DNA of 63,590 nt, counting the filler, from Octopus bimaculoides (taxonomy: Eukaryota), in the NCBI RefSeq assembly GCF_001194135.2. It is 6 parts of 6 records of this genome, joined end to end, with 100 filler letters (N's around TTAATTAATTAA, not from the genome) between each part and the next. Parts side by side here need not be neighbours in the genome. Positions count along the whole stretch, not along the records: positions 27,616 to 55,601 come from NC_068996.1; 5 more parts are not named here. One strand, given 5' to 3'. Positions within the stretch are counted from its first letter, which is position 1; each line of letters starts with the position of its first letter. Positions 37,641 through 51,583 of this stretch are shown piece by piece. The notes beneath the pieces were generated by a model. It was not told the origin of the DNA, searched no databases, and worked only from the letters and a program-made list of their open reading frames with translations. The translations under genes and the position numbers were made by a program.

Positions 37641-39702
37641 TCCTGGCACAAAACCAAGTTGCATCAAATAACTTTTACGTTGTGCTCAACTAACACATAT
37701 GATTGTATTGTGCTTAATTAGCTTATCATGTTCTCGTTTTGCTCAGTTAACTCACAAAATCATAAATAATACTTAAATTGCTCTTCACTGCTGATTTCCA
37801 TGTATTCCATACACCTTCACATTATCATCACATCTTTTATTTATGTATTCTTGTATACTTTAGTTAAACTTTAGTGTTTGATGTTTACAGTGCACTTTCC
37901 TTCCTAAACTAATTAGGCCAGTAGAATATTAGAATTAGGTCATTAGAACAACAATTAATTAGAATCAAATAACTACTTTATCTAAACAGTTTATAGTCTT
38001 TGTCCTTTAAATGGTTGTACTTTATACTTTAGTTATTGTTGTTGCTTGGTTGATTCCTCATCAGTTTTGATTGAGTAGACTTATGATGAAAGCTATCCTA
38101 ACCACAATCATCCCATCTTTTTATATATCACTGGATTAAATTATCCACTGTATCCTGCTTTATTTAAGATGGTAGGTTGTAATTTTAGGGAGATTTTGCT
38201 GCCATTTGTAGCAGGTCAAGCAGCCCTATATAGGCATTCCCATTGAAACTCCATCATGCAATTGTCATCCATTTATATGGAAAATCTGAAATCTTAATCC
38301 TTCAATCAACCTATTTGTGATTTTACTGTACTGTTTTCACATCTTTTGGTTTAGTTTCCAGTATATGATTCCTGTTTTTTTTTTTTTCTCTGACACTGAA
38401 AAATATAGCTAATACATTAGTTTTGTTACCAGTAATTCTTTCTTCAGTTTTGATTCTGTTCATGTGTAGGCTCTGTCTTGTGTTTATAAGCTCTGTCTTG
38501 TGTTTAGCTATAAACATTTTGATATAAGCTTTCATTCCTCTGATGGCCTATAAACTCTTTGATATAAACTCTTATCTGTGTTCACCTATACACTTTTTGT
38601 TTAAAACTAAATTTTCCTATTCACTAATCATCTTGTTAATTGTTGTGGAAGGATCCTGACCACCCCCACGTGACTGAAAGTAGACTAATGCATTTCAATA
38701 AAATAAATAAAAACTGTGAACTGTCAGTAGTTGATAAATTGTAATTGTTATGTCTAACTCTTAGATTTGTTCTACAATAGTTCTGTCTTCTAGAAAAAGA
38801 GAATTCTATTAGTTTTTCTTCTACTGTAGCCCTTCCTCTCACCACTAGCCATCCACTCCACCTCCTCAGTTGAAGGGGCTTTTATTCTCAAGGGCTATAT
38901 GGCTTCTTCATCAATGCTGGTACTATGGGAAAAAAAAAAAAGCTTGCATACTCTTTGTAAAGTGGTTGGTGTTAGAAATGGCATCCAGTCATAGAAATCA
39001 TGCCAAAGCAGACATTGAAGCACAATGCAGTCTTTGGATTTGTTGAATCTTGTCAAACCATACAATCCATGCCAGCATGGAATATGGACATTAAATGATG
39101 ATAATGGTGATGATAAAGATGATTTATTCCTAAATCTATGTCATCATGTGATTTTATTCAGGGCACATACAGACATGTAAACCATCTTTGAGAACATGTA
39201 GTTTTAATGGTACCTTAGTGAATGAAATCCTACTAGATTGAAAACATAGTTTTCCAGCTTTAACATTTATGTTTTCTTTTGGGGTTAGAACTTCAAAATT
39301 AATTTAGGTCATTGTTGAATTGTATATATACTGTTTGATTAATTCATCTACTTTGGTGTGTTATGTGGTCTATATGAACTAGTCTTTCACATTTTCAGAA
39401 CTTATTAATCAATCAACAAATCCCTGTGAAGTAATTTCTGTTGTAATATAAATCAATAGTAACACATAAGATACTTTCCATTGCTAACATAATTCTATAA
39501 TTGAACTAATTAATATTTCCAGGCTTGTTTATTTAGTTTATCAAATTATGTGATCTTTGTACAAAACAAACGTGTATTTTAAAACTTACTGAGTCAATAA
39601 TGTGATCCTTTGCTTATCAGATTTCTAACTGATAACCTAATTTCAATATGAATTCTCAAAAGCTGGAATTTTTCTTTTTTTTTAATATTCATTGTTTTTA
39701 AG

Positions 39703-39756
39703 ATTATCGCTGTCAACAGTTGGGAGCATTTTCAATTACAACTTGGAGTGACAGAA
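39703..39756 (+). CDS. Weak candidate 54-nt exon (IIAVNSWEHFQLQLGVTE) of an unidentified plus-strand gene
   Basis: T-rich acceptor ttgtttttaag, open in two frames, weak GTATCC donor. Confidence 0.2.
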
Positions 39757-40142
39757 GTATCCTCTTTCATTTCTCCTGTGTTCCTTCACTTTCATGTCAT
39801 TGTTATGTCAGTTGACTTTAGTGTCATGATGACAGACATCGAAGAAATCGAGATAGTTGGAATTGTATTGAAGAAACATGAGGTGATAATAAAAGCAAGC
39901 ATTAACCAGGTCATGTCATAGGACTTGCTACTCAGCTCTTGGAGAATGCAAGTCCATGCCAGCCATCACTATAACCATTAGCCTGATAGTCCTGTTAAGG
40001 TACTTGGGGTATGGTCTGGTCTGGAATTCATGGTGAATATGAACTTGGGATGAAATTACTCACAAGATGATCACCCTCACTCACAAATGGATTCAGAGGG
40101 AGTTATTTGTAACAGATGGGGGCAGATATGGTGAATATATAT

Positions 40143-40610
40143 GAGAGGACGTCAAAAATTATCTGCACTTTTGCCATAACATATCTTTATTACTGTCACA
40201 CTGCCTTCTGCGTATGCGTGCTTTTAAGTGGTACTATTGTGGTCATGTGATCAAAGTTTGTGCCATTTTTCTTTCTGGCTTTACAGTGTAAGCATGGCCT
40301 CTCCACTAGTGATATGCACCAAAGAAGAACAAAGAGCAGTGTCCTGATTTCTCTGGTTGGAAGGTGTGTCCGGTGCTGAAATTCATCAGAGGCTTTCAGC
40401 ACAATTTGGGGACAGTGCACTATTGTGTAGAAGTGTGTTTGAGTGGATCAAGAAGTTTAAAAGTGGCCAGACAAGCAGGACGCCTGTCAACCGCCATCAC
40501 TGATGAGAAGCTTCAGCAAGCTCGAGGGATGGTAATGGTGAACCAGTTCACTGTTGCCATCTTGACTTCCTCTCATATATCTCCTCCATCATTTATCACT
40601 GCCTAATTTT
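40143..40610 (+). mobile_element. Mariner transposase 5' fragment
   Basis: QRAVS*FLWLEGVSGAEIHQRLSAQFGDSAL..RSVFEWIKKFKSGQTS (mariner HTH). Confidence 0.65.
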
Positions 40611-40679
40611 CATTTGAATAGCATAGACCATCTGCACTAACTTGTGGAAAGGATGGATTCTGTTGGTTAGAAGGTCCAG

Positions 40680-40897
40680 TAGCTGGCAGAAACATTAGCA
40701 CACTGGGCGAAATGCTTAGCAGTATTTCGTCTGCCGTTACGTTCTACGTTCAAATTCCGCCGAGGTCGACTTTGCCTTTCATCCTTTCGGGGTCGATAAA
40801 TTAAGTACCAGTTACGCACTGGGGTCGATGTAATCGATTTAATCCCTTTGTTTGTCCCCTCTATGTTTAGTCCCTTGTGGGCAATAAAGAAATAAGA
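40680..40897 (+). mobile_element. Young SINE family C copy
   Basis: agctggcagaaacattagc...gttcaaattccgccgaggtcgactttgcctttcatcctttcggggtcg...aaagaaataagaa; near-identical to 52986-53217. Confidence 0.85.
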
Positions 40898-41579
40898 AGG
40901 TCCAGTAGCTGACTACATCCTTTTACATGGTGGGCATGGCAGGCTAGATGTGAAAATATGCAGTGAAGCATGAGGTATCTGCAGAGACTCCTGGATAGTG
41001 ATAAAGTGTGGTTGTCACTTGTTAGTTTCCTTGCAGCTTATCTCTTTGACTGAGCCATAATCCCAAGATGCTAAGTTGTAAGACTGAAACCAGGACATCA
41101 TGGTAGCAGAAGCAATTTTCTTAACCATGCATATTTTATCTACCTTGTCTGTTGTTTGTTTCTCTCTGTCTCTGCCAAGACTAACCTCACCTGTGCTAGT
41201 GCCACGTAAAGAGCACGAAGTCCACTCTACTGAGTGCTTGGTGTTATGAAGAGTATTCAACTATAAAAATCCTGCTAAAACAGTCACAGAAGTCTGGTGC
41301 AGGCTTCTGTCTGGCTGACTCCTGTCAAACCATCCTACCTGTATCAGCAAGGAATCGGACATTAAATGGTGATGATGATATATAGTTCAAATTTATAGAA
41401 AAACAAAAGATGAAGACAGGTATAGGAACAACAAGAAGGGGTATTAGTTTAACACTTGGGGAAAAATGGAAATGTCTTTTATGTTCCAAGCCTACGCCTT
41501 TTGACAGAAAGGAATAAGAGGAAAAACGGAGAGAGAAAATGAAGATCTTGGGTCCAAGAGAGTAGGAAGTTCAATCGTG

Positions 41580-41812
41580 TGTGTGCGTGTATGTATACTA
41601 GTGTGTATACTATATGTGTGTATATATATATATGTGTATGTGTGTATATATGTATGTGTGTATATATGTATATGTGTGTGTATGTATATTTGTATATATG
41701 TGTGTGTGGATTTGTGTGGATGTATATGTGTGTGTGTGTGTGTATATATATATGTGTGTGTGTGTATGTATGTGTTTGTATATGTATATATATTCATGTG
41801 TGAATGTGTGTC

Positions 41813-41872
<60 letters not shown>

Positions 41873-41910
41873 CATGTGTATAATTGTGTGTGTGTATGTA
41901 TTTGTGTATA
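41580..41910. repeat. (TG/TA)n microsatellite array
   Basis: Direct inspection. Confidence 0.95.
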
Positions 41911-42802
41911 TACAATTGTCATCTGCCAAACAGCCAATTTCTCCCATACCACATCAGTCAGTTCAAGGTTATTATAGCAGAAGCCACTTGTCTGCAGTGT
42001 CACACAGTGGGGCCAACCCCCAAACCACATGACTGCAGTGTGAACTTCTTAACAACACAGCTATGGCTGTACATCTGCTAACCTATTCTGCTGTAGTTAA
42101 CATTTCTGTAATACCATAAAAGATATTTTCAGTCTCTCAGTGTTGAATCTTGTTGTCCTCAGCCAATTCTGAGTTTTGCTTTCTTTATCCTCATACACCT
42201 TGTTCTGTCTTGTCAAATATTGGCTAGTGAGAGTTGTTTTTTGTTTTTTTCTTAAGGAAGCCTTACAATGACATTTTCTAATCCTATTTTCAATTTAGTA
42301 TTTTTTTTTTTTATCATTCTTTAAAATAGTCTCAGCTCTTTCTTGAAGTTTGTTTTATATTTGTTGGCTTCCTTGAAGATAGAAAACAGACTTTTGCCGA
42401 CTTCATTCTTTGTTGCTTTGTTGGTATATATATTTTAGTACTCAAACAGTGGGTATTTATAATGATTTGCTAGCTGCAGAAAATTCCTGTCTTTCTAGAT
42501 AGTAGTAAATATAATAATCCTTTTGTTGGCTTTTGGCTAGTGTATTTTCTTCTTTCCTGTCTAGTTATAGCACAAATTTGCTTAGCTTAGAGTTAAAAGA
42601 AAATTATTGATTCCTAACACTAGTACAAGATTTTATTTTTGTAGTGAGATTGTTTACATTGATTCCCGGTTCCTTCATTGATTCCTATAGTTCTAGACAT
42701 GGTTATGAATTCAGCCAGTGGTTTTTCTAGTCCCCTCAGACTGGTTAACCATGTATCTCCTCTACAGCAACACATCTGTTACTGGCCTCAGTCTTGATCA
42801 CT

Positions 42803-42842
<40 letters not shown>

Positions 42843-43379
42843 GTATCTCTTCTACAGCAAGACGGCTGTCTCTGTCTCTCTGTCACACTCAAACCTTTCA
42901 TCATCTGGTACAATATTGCCTCCCCCAATGTCACATCCCCTCTTAAAGGATCTTTGTCTTGCAAGTTACTTGGTGACCCTGCCACTGCTGGTGTCACGTA
43001 AAAAGCATCCAATCCACACTGTAAAGTGGTTGTAAAAGTCATGCCAAAACAGACTGCAAAGCATGATGCAGTCTTCTGCCTAACCAGCTCCTGTCAAAGC
43101 ATCCAACCCATGCCAGCATGGAAAGTTGACATTAAATGATGATGATGATATATATATACACACATACATACACACAAGATTCTTTGTTTCCATCTACCAA
43201 ATCCATACAAAAATTTGGTTGATCCAAGACATTTGCCCAAGGTGTTGCACAGTGGGACTGAACCCAGAACCATGTGGTTGGGAAGTAAACTTCTTATCAC
43301 ACAGCTATGCCTGTTGAAATTTTGAATCTATAGGGTACCTAGTTTGACCCCAGGTGGTTGGTGCCCTGCTGGGGCATTT

Positions 43380-43862
43380 ATATTTCTGGTATGCTGGAAA
43401 TGCAGGAAGACATGGATGGAAGTACTGAAGAACAACCTCAGGAAGCTGAACCTTTCAGGCAAGATGACAAAGGACTGTACTCAGGAAGATCTGTACCTCA
43501 CAGCAGAAGTGTTAAGATTGATCCTGCTAGTGGGGTAACACACTTGTGGATGTGCCATTTAAAAGTGCCTGTGTGGTGTCACGTAAAAGTGCCTGTGTGG
43601 TGTCACGTAAAAGTACCTGTGCAGTGTCATGTAAAAGCACCTGTATGGTGCCACGTAAAAGTGACCATGCAGCACCATGTAAAGGCATCCATGTAAAAGT
43701 GCCCACTCTGTAAAGTGGTTGGCATTAGGAAGGGCACCCACCTGTAGAAACCATGCCAAATCAGACAAGTCTGGTGCAGCGCCCCCCCCCCAGCTTTGCC
43801 AATTCTGGTCAAACTGACTAATCCATGCCAGCATGGAAAACAGATCTTAAACGACAATGATG
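43380..43862 (+). mobile_element. RTE 3' end: RT tail remnant, 24-bp tandem repeats, family A tail
   Basis: WMEVLKNNLRKLNL, then about 6 units of gtgcctgtgtggtgtcacgtaaaa, then the family A tail. Confidence 0.7.
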
Positions 43863-44289
43863 ACTTGTTTTCACATACCACATTCTATACATGCAATTTC
43901 TGTAATCTGTCTTCTGAGTCCCACCATTCTTTGCCCTTGTGGCGAATAAATTAGGGTGGCAGCTTGGAAGAATTGTTGGGGTATTGGAAGAAATGCTTTG
44001 CTGTATTTCTTCTGGTTCTTTAGGTTTAAGTTCAAACCCTGCTGAATTCAGTTTTGCCTTTCATCTCTCTGGTGTCAATAAAATAAGTATTGATGAAGTA
44101 CTGAAGTCAGTGTTATCAAGTAACTCTTCCTCTCAAAATTGGTGACATTGTGTCTCTAAATCAGAAATCAAGATTGGTAGATTAACAGAATCGGTACAGC
44201 ATTGGACTCTGTGATATTTGCACTGATTCTGAGTTTAAATTCCTCCAAGGTCAGCTTTGCCTTTCAGTCTTTTCATCATTATCATCATT

Positions 44290-44960
44290 CTTTAACATCC
44301 GTTTTCTATACTGGCATGGTTTTGACTGTAGCTGGCAAGCTGGAGAGCTGCACCAGGTTCCTGTCTGATTTGGCTTGGTTTCTACTGCTGGATGCTTTTA
44401 ACATGACATCAGCACGAGCGATTTTACATGATACCGGCACAGGATTTTTTGCAGGCCAATCCACTTCACCAGGGGATGCAACCTTCATCATCCTTCGACC
44501 AACTTATGATTGGTCAGAACTCCATTGACAATCCCCTTCCACACTACACAGTCCTGCATTACTGTGTTCAGATCTCTCATATCCAGCCCTGAGTCCCGAG
44601 ATATAGTATCTGGAAATGTTAGTTGTCTGGAGAAAACACTTCCAGATGGATGCCGTAGAAGCAGGGATGAGATAACCTCCTTATCTGTTTGATGACAGTG
44701 GCCAGCAAATTGTAGGCATTTTTGCTTTAGCCTGAGGGATATTGGTTCTTTGTTGCCTTGTCCAAAAGGTTCAGTGTTCTGAGGTCATCCTTCAGTACTC
44801 TGTCCCTTGTCTTCTTGAATCTCCCTCTTCCACAAGTTCCATCCACTTTGAGTGAATGGCACTTCTTTTTGGACATCTCCTGTCTAAACCAACACAGTCT
44901 TCTCTCTTGCATACTGCATTTAATTCCTCTTATGCCTAACTTCTCTCTTAATACACAAGC
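44290..44960 (-). mobile_element. RTE 3' remnant and family A tail
   Basis: VLREKLGIRGIKCSMQERRLCWF..GTCGRGR at 44727-44960; family A tail at 44290-44460. Confidence 0.65.
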
Positions 44961-45579
44961 ACATTGTTGCACTGGAGTCAGTAGAATCAATTAACCCCCT
45001 TCCCTTGAAATTGCTGTCCCTGTACCTAAATTAGAAACTGTTATTGTTATTGCTGCTGCTTAGGTGGTGAGCTGGCAGGATCATTAGCAAGTCAGACAAA
45101 ATGCTTATTGGCATTTTGTCTGTCTTCATGTTATAAATAAGGCAATTTTTTTTTTTTGCCAAAAAGCTAAAATTCATAAAAACATTCGTTTCAAGGTTAA
45201 AACTAAAGATAAAACATTTTTTTATGATTAATCATTGTAATTAATTTTTAAAGTTAATAAAATTAAAATTGTGCAATAAAGTTAAAAAATAAAGATAAAA
45301 TAAAGTTAAAAATCAAAATTTCAATAAAAAGTATTTAAAAAAAAAATTAGATATTGAAAAGAGTAAATAAATTCATTGACATATATTTCTGCTTGTGTTT
45401 AGTAGAATTGTTGTATTGGACTACCCCTTTGGAGTTATTTTTAGCACTCCTTATAGCTTGTCCTATGCTTTGATGTTGAAAATTATTTGACATTATGTGT
45501 GTCCTGTCATTTGAATACAAACAAAAGTCTTGCATGTCTGTATAGTTTTTCTGTAAGACAAATTTCCAATTTCGAGGTA

Positions 45580-46146
45580 CAGTAATGCCTTGATACACAA
45601 GTTAATTTCCTCCCGGAGACCACTCGTAAAGTGAAGACTCATAAAGAAGAACAGTAATTTCCCATAGTAGCAATGTTATAAATTGTAATTTGCCCCCCCC
45701 CCCATATTTTACCTATAAAATTTATAATACTCGTAAATAAACGGTAATAAAACAACAGTAGAATGTAAGGAATATTTTATGTAAAGTGAAAAAAATGTCA
45801 AGATCATTTATAATAAAAACTTATTATTATTGTAATTGTTTTCTAAATCACTTTCACTTGCATTAGACTTGCGCACACCATCACTTGCAAACACGATTGC
45901 TGAGTCATAAGCACTCATAGATGAACTTGTAGATTTCTTTTTAAAAAACAAGTCTAGAGTTTTTTTTGCTTAGAAGAAGCTTTTTTTTTTATGCTCTCTA
46001 TAAATTTCTCAGTAACACGCAGAAGCATTTATTATGATAGTAGACACTTTTGATCTTTGTTCAAAATTTGGATCTTGTGCTTGAAAAATAAAACTCATGA
46101 GCCCGTGTTCTCATAATGCAGGTCCTTATAAAGTGAGGTATTACTG
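45580..46146 (+). mobile_element. Tigger/pogo-like MITE
   Basis: TA|cagtaatgccttgatac...gaggtattactg|TA; second copy at 54233. Confidence 0.75.
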
Positions 46147-46619
46147 TACTTTTACTAATGAGGTTTAAAAAGTATGAAAACAATAGTTGTTTGTTTGTTC
46201 CTTCTTGAGCTATGCCTGGCTCATAAGGGCCAGCTCTCTGGTTTCATTGGCATATAGGTTCTCCACCTGGATGGGACACTGGTCTGTCACAGGTGAGCTG
46301 CTAGTTGCAACAGGAAAGAGTAAGAGAAAGTTGTGGTGAAAGAGTCAGCAGAATCAACAATTTTTAAGGTTGAAAAAGAATTGTCCTGGTTATGAGTTCA
46401 AATGCCGTTGAGGTCAGCTTTGCCTTTCATCCTTTTTTTTTTTTTGGAGGTGGTGGTGGTGGAGGATGAAATAGGTACCAGTTAAGTACTGGGGTTATTA
46501 TCATTGACTAGTCCCCTTGCTCAAAATTTCAGGCCTTATGCTTCTAGTAGTTGTTTGTTCCTTCTTGAGCCATGCCTGGCTCATAAGGGCCGTTTTCCCA
46601 GTTTCTTTGGCTTATCGGT

Positions 46620-46850
46620 TCTCCACCAGTTTGTCACAGGTGAGCTGCTAGAATGCAGGACGAAAGAGTGAGAGAAAGTTGTGGCAAAAGAGTCAGCAGA
46701 AGTTTGCTATTACCTTCTGCTGGAGCCACGTGGAGCCTAGGTGTTTTGCTCATAAACATACATATTGCCTGGTCTGAGATTCGAACCCACAATCCCTCAA
46801 CTGCGAGTCCGCTGCTCTAAGCACTAGGCCATGTGCTTCCACATGCTTAT
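46620..46850 (-). mobile_element. SINE family D-like copy
   Basis: Minus head ggcctagtgcttagagcagcggactcgcag...gggttcgaatctc. Confidence 0.65.
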
Positions 46851-47229
46851 AGTAGAGAGCATTATTATTGCTCTCTACGATATAAGGTAGTGAACTGGCA
46901 GAATCATTAGCATGCCAAATAAAATGATTGGTAGCATTTCATCCTTCTGTACTTTCTGCAAAAGTTAACTTTGCCTTTCATCCTTTTGAGGATCAATAAA
47001 ATAATTATCATTTGAGTCCTGGGGGTCAATATAATCAGTAAGCCCTATCCCATCAAAAGAAAAAAAAATCGGGTTTTATGTCTATAATACAAAGGTGGAC
47101 TAAAATGCTTATAGGTTGATTATGAAGGAGTGATGCTATAGCTGTAGAAGCTTGCATGCATTAATTTCAACTCTTCTTATTAATAACTGCATTGTTTCTT
47201 TCCAAGTAAACTGACATCTGACTGTTTAA

Positions 47230-48345
47230 AGAAGACTTCAAAATTAACTGGTATTGACTTCTCTTGTAAATGGACAAGGTGCAAATGGAATGTGGTGTTA
47301 TCAAGTATCTGCAGAAAAAAGGTTTAGCCCCAAAGGACATTCATGCTGACAGGGTTGATACATTAAGGGATGATGCTCCAGCTTTATCAACTATGAAAAA
47401 GTAGGCAGATAAATTTAGAAGAGAAAATGAGTCTTGAAGATGACCCAAGGTCTTGACATTCTGTGACTGCCACACACTGAGGAAAACATTGATCATGTTC
47501 ACCACATGGTGATAGATGACAGGTGATTGACTGTAAATCGAATAGCCATTGCTATTAACATATCCTGTGAGAGAGTTATGAAGTTGATATGATGACGGTT
47601 TCTGCTCAGTCTTTTGACATTGATCAAAAGCACACCAAGCTGATCACTTCACAGGAAAATCTGATATTGTGTCAGGCTGATTCAGCTGAACATTTCCTAA
47701 CCCAGGATGAGTTCATCACTTTGAGCCAGAGATAAAGAGACATTCCATGCAGTGGAAAAACTCCTCCTCACCTGCTCCAGAGAAGACCAAGGTTGTTTCA
47801 TATGCAGGAAAAATGATGGCCTCAGTTTTTTGTGATGCAAAAGGCATTGTGTTTATTAACTATCTTCAGAAGTGTCAAACCCTCACTGGAGAGTACTATG
47901 CCAACTTGCTGAGACAGTTATGAAAGGCTATCAAGACTAAACACCCAGGAAAACTGATGAAAAAAGTTTTGTTTCATTAGGACGATACTCCAGCTCACAA
48001 ATTTTTGATTTCAATGTCTGCTGTGCATGACTCTGGCTTTGAACTGGTTGATCAGCCTCCCTATTCTCCTGATTCAGCTCCACTTAACTTTTATCTGTTC
48101 CTCAGTGTGAAAAAGCATTTGGCTGGGAACCAGCATTGCAATGATGATGATGATGTGCTATCTACTGTTGATTTTCTTTGAGCAACAGGATGAAAGCTTC
48201 TTCACCAATGGGATCCAAGCACTGCAACACTGATGGATGAAGTGTGTGGACCACAAGGAGGACAATGTTGAAAAATAAACCTCATTTGGTTACTTTCCAT
48301 GAGAGTATGTTGGTCAACTTATGAACTTTTCAGCTGACACTCGTA
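47230..48345 (+). mobile_element. Near full-length decayed mariner element
   Basis: MDKVQMECGVIKYLQKKGLAPKDIHAD...; H*DDTPAH-like remnant; PPYSPDSAP..FYLF; multiple stops and frameshifts. Confidence 0.8.
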
Positions 48346-48387
48346 GAAAGGATTATTGTTGTTGCTATTTCAACTCGTGTTATTATA

Positions 48388-48800
48388 TACTCTTTACTCT
48401 TTTACTTGTTTCAGTCATTTGACTGTGGCCATGCTGGAGCACTGCCTGTAGTCAAGCAAATCGACCCCAGGACTTATTCTTTGTAAGCCTAGTACTTATT
48501 CTATCGGTCTCTTTTGTTGAACCGCTAAGTTGTGGGGACGTAAATACACCAGCATCGGTTGTCAAGCAATGTTGGGGGGACAAACACAGACACATAAACA
48601 CACACACACACACACACACATATGTATATATACATATATAAGACAGACTTCTTTCAGTTTCCGTCTGCCAAATCCACTCACAAGGCTTTGGTCGGCCTGA
48701 GGCTGTAGTAGAAGACACTTGCCCAAGGTGCCACGGAGTGGGACTGAATCTAGAACCATGTGGTCAGTAAGCAAGCTACCACACAGCCACTCCTGCACCT
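48388..48800 (-). mobile_element. Full-length SINE family B
   Basis: aggtgcaggagtggctgtgtggta...(gtaaa(a)ga)n tail. Confidence 0.85.
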
Positions 48801-50268
48801 ATATAATTAACAAAGCAAAGGTGTTTAAAAATGTAATTTGATAATTTGGCTTTAACAGGCCTTTGTCTTGAACATAAAAATGTGAAATTGGTAATAAACT
48901 GTAAATGACACCAAATTCATAATGATACATATAATTAAAGACTGACAGCATAGCTGGGATATTTTGGCCACAATGGTTTTAAAAAATTCAGTAAATTGTT
49001 GACAGTAGAAAAGTTCATGGTGATTGATTGCCAAGTTATGGTTGCATTTTACGTATGAGAAAGTGCTTGAAATCAGCAGCTTGGTATGTTGAAGGATACC
49101 ATAAGTTATGGTTGTTTCTTTTTTTTGGGGGTTTTTTTTTTGTAACATATGCATTAAAGTAACAATATTTGTTATTGCATCAAATTCTGCTGAGGTTGAC
49201 TTTGCCTTTCATCCTTTCGGGGTCGATAAATAAGTACCAGTTGTGTATTGGGGTTGAGCTAATCGACTGTCCCCCCATCCCCAAAAATTTTGGGCCTTGT
49301 GCCTAGAGTAGAAAAGAATATTTGTTATGTGTCTGAGGTCACAGAGTAACAATCACCACAATCTTTTTGACTTGCAACAAGTTATTACATGATTTTAATA
49401 ATTGTAGTTATTTTCATAATCATTCCTCACAGTAATAATATCCCTCTGTGTGAATGTCTGCTGCTATTGTTTATGACTTTCATTATGTATTTTTGTTTTT
49501 CAGGGAGGTGCATAGCTTAGTGGTTAGGGTGTTGGCTTTATCATCATAAGAATGTGGTTTTGATTCCTGGACTGCAAAAAACACTTCATTTCATGTTCCT
49601 CCATCCACTCAACTAGTAAAAGTTATTAAATCTTGTGATGGACTAGTGTCCCATCCAGGGAGGAGTAGGCCAGAGAAACTGGGAAACCAGCCATATGAGT
49701 TTTTATTGAGTGATGTGGATTATCCATAACCATTACTTATTCAGGGAAATTTTTCAAGTCATGCAAGCTTTTAAAGGAATGTTGGGCTGTCCTTTTAAGT
49801 TATCGAAACTATAAAGTTGTTAATACTTCCAATATTAATTGAAAAAAAAAACAATGTAAATAGTAGAGGAGTGTTGGTAGTTTGCTTGAGACATAACAAT
49901 AATATAGAATTTTATAGCAACAAAGAATAAAATATTGATGGCACTTTTAGTAATATTTTTAAACTATTTCTTGTTGTGGTTAGGTATGTTACTCGAAATA
50001 TAAGGAATCAATGAATTATATAGTTTTTCATATTGTAAGAAGCTTTCCTTAAAATTCAATTTCATGTAAATAATTTTCTTTTTTTTCTTTTTTCTTTCTT
50101 TTTGTTATTTGATAAATTATTTTTATTTGAGGAAGAAATTATAAGGACTATAATTAAAGATCTTCTCCAAAACATAATTATAGTTTGTGACTGCTTTTTT
50201 AAAATTGAATGTAATTGTATCTTGTTTTTTTTTTGCGGGGCTGTAAAACAAGACTGTATCTTTTTCAG

Positions 50269-50388
50269 GTCTGTAAAATATCGTAAAAAGGCAACATTAA
50301 CATTAGCTCCTACTCTGCTTCAACCAAGTTCTCACCTAGCGGATTTAGCATGTTATGCTGGTGTCAAAATGAGTCCAAAAATTTTCCA
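50269..50388 (+). CDS. Candidate 120-nt internal exon of an unidentified plus-strand gene: xSVKYRKKATLTLAPTLLQPSSHLADLACYAGVKMSPKIF(Q/H)
   Basis: tatctttttcag acceptor, CA|GTAAGT donor, single open frame, length divisible by 3, non-repeat sequence. Confidence 0.55.
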
Positions 50389-50453
50389 GTAAGTCTTATT
50401 TTCTCTTTTCCCAACATATTTTTATTCCTAATTTGGCATTGTTAGACATTTAA

Positions 50454-50673
50454 CCCTTTGGCATTTGGATTATTCTGTCAAATGGAATGCTTATTTATTC
50501 ATATTGCTTTCAGTTAATCATGTCTTGACTCGTAGCTTTGAGATTTCAATTGTGTGTCTGCTTATTTTTAGAGTAACATTGTAGGGTAGGTATGAGAGGC
50601 AGGATCTGGTTGGTTTGAACATAAAACAGGTAGAATATTTAGGCCAGATATGGCCAGTTTAAATGCTAAAGGG
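50454..50673. mobile_element. piggyBac-type MITE
   Basis: TTAA|CCCTTTGGCATTT...AAATGCTAAAGGG|TTAA; related inverted copy at about 51980-52158. Confidence 0.8.
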
Positions 50674-50744
50674 TTAATTTTGACAGTTTATTCTGTATCA
50701 CTGAAATGTATTTGTGCTGCAATACACAAAAATATCGAGTGAAG

Positions 50745-51075
50745 TTGTTGCCAGTGCCGCTGGACTGGCTCCTGTGCAGGTGGCACGTAAAATACACCTT
50801 TTTGAGTGTGGCCGTTGCCAGTACCGCCTGACTGGCCCTCGTGCCGGTGGTACGTAAAAGCACCCACACCACTCTCGGAGTGGTTGGCGTTAGGAAGGGC
50901 ATCCAGCTGTAGAAACTCTGCCATATCTGATTGGAGCCTGGTGCAGCCTTCTGGCTTGTCAGCCCTCAGTCAAATCGTCCAACCCATGCTAGCATGGAAA
51001 GCGGACATTAAACGATGATGACGACGATGATGATGATGATGACGATGATGATGACAACGATGATGATGATGATGA
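50745..51075 (+). mobile_element. Family A element with upstream tandem units of about 52 bp and a (GAT/GAC)n tail
   Basis: gttgccagtgccgc...cacgtaaaa...; tail identical to the 1-217 family. Confidence 0.8.
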
Positions 51076-51249
51076 TCATCATCATCACTTCATCATGAAG
51101 ATGAAACTGAAATTGTTCTGTTCTAAACAAAATGCAAGTAAGTTTATAAAAATATGAAAAAAACTCTGACTGAAAAAGATAATTGAGAACACAGTCATGT
51201 TTTAAATAAAACATCTTTCTTTCTCCCCTCTATTTCTCTCTCTTTCTCT

Positions 51250-51288
<39 letters not shown>

Positions 51289-51328
51289 TGTGTATGTGTT
51301 TGTTTGCATGCGCATGTATAATTTAGAC

Positions 51329-51583
51329 CACTGTTTCTCAACCATTTTCTTTCCCTGTGGACCCCTTTGACTCTTATTTTACTCTACTGGACCCTCTTAA
51401 CCATTTGATGTTTAAAAGAATCATATAACTTTTTAATAATTAAGTATTATTAGGCATCATCTAAAAAAAATTAAAATATTTTTTGTATTGTAGAAGTATA
51501 ACCAATTTATTGGACATAAATTTTAACAACAAAATCTTATATGGACCCCAAAGGGCCATTTGGATCCCGGTTGGGAATCACTG
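51329..51583. mobile_element. hAT (Charlie-type) MITE with an 8-bp TSD
   Basis: TIRs cactgtttctcaacc / ggttgggaatcactg; TSD ATTTAGAC at 51321-51328 and 51584-51591; related copy at about 55110-55372. Confidence 0.85.

Noticed and set aside
43560-43700. Regular 24-bp repeats as a CRISPR-like array
   Set aside because: Head-to-tail tandem units with no unique spacers, in a eukaryotic LINE 3' UTR.
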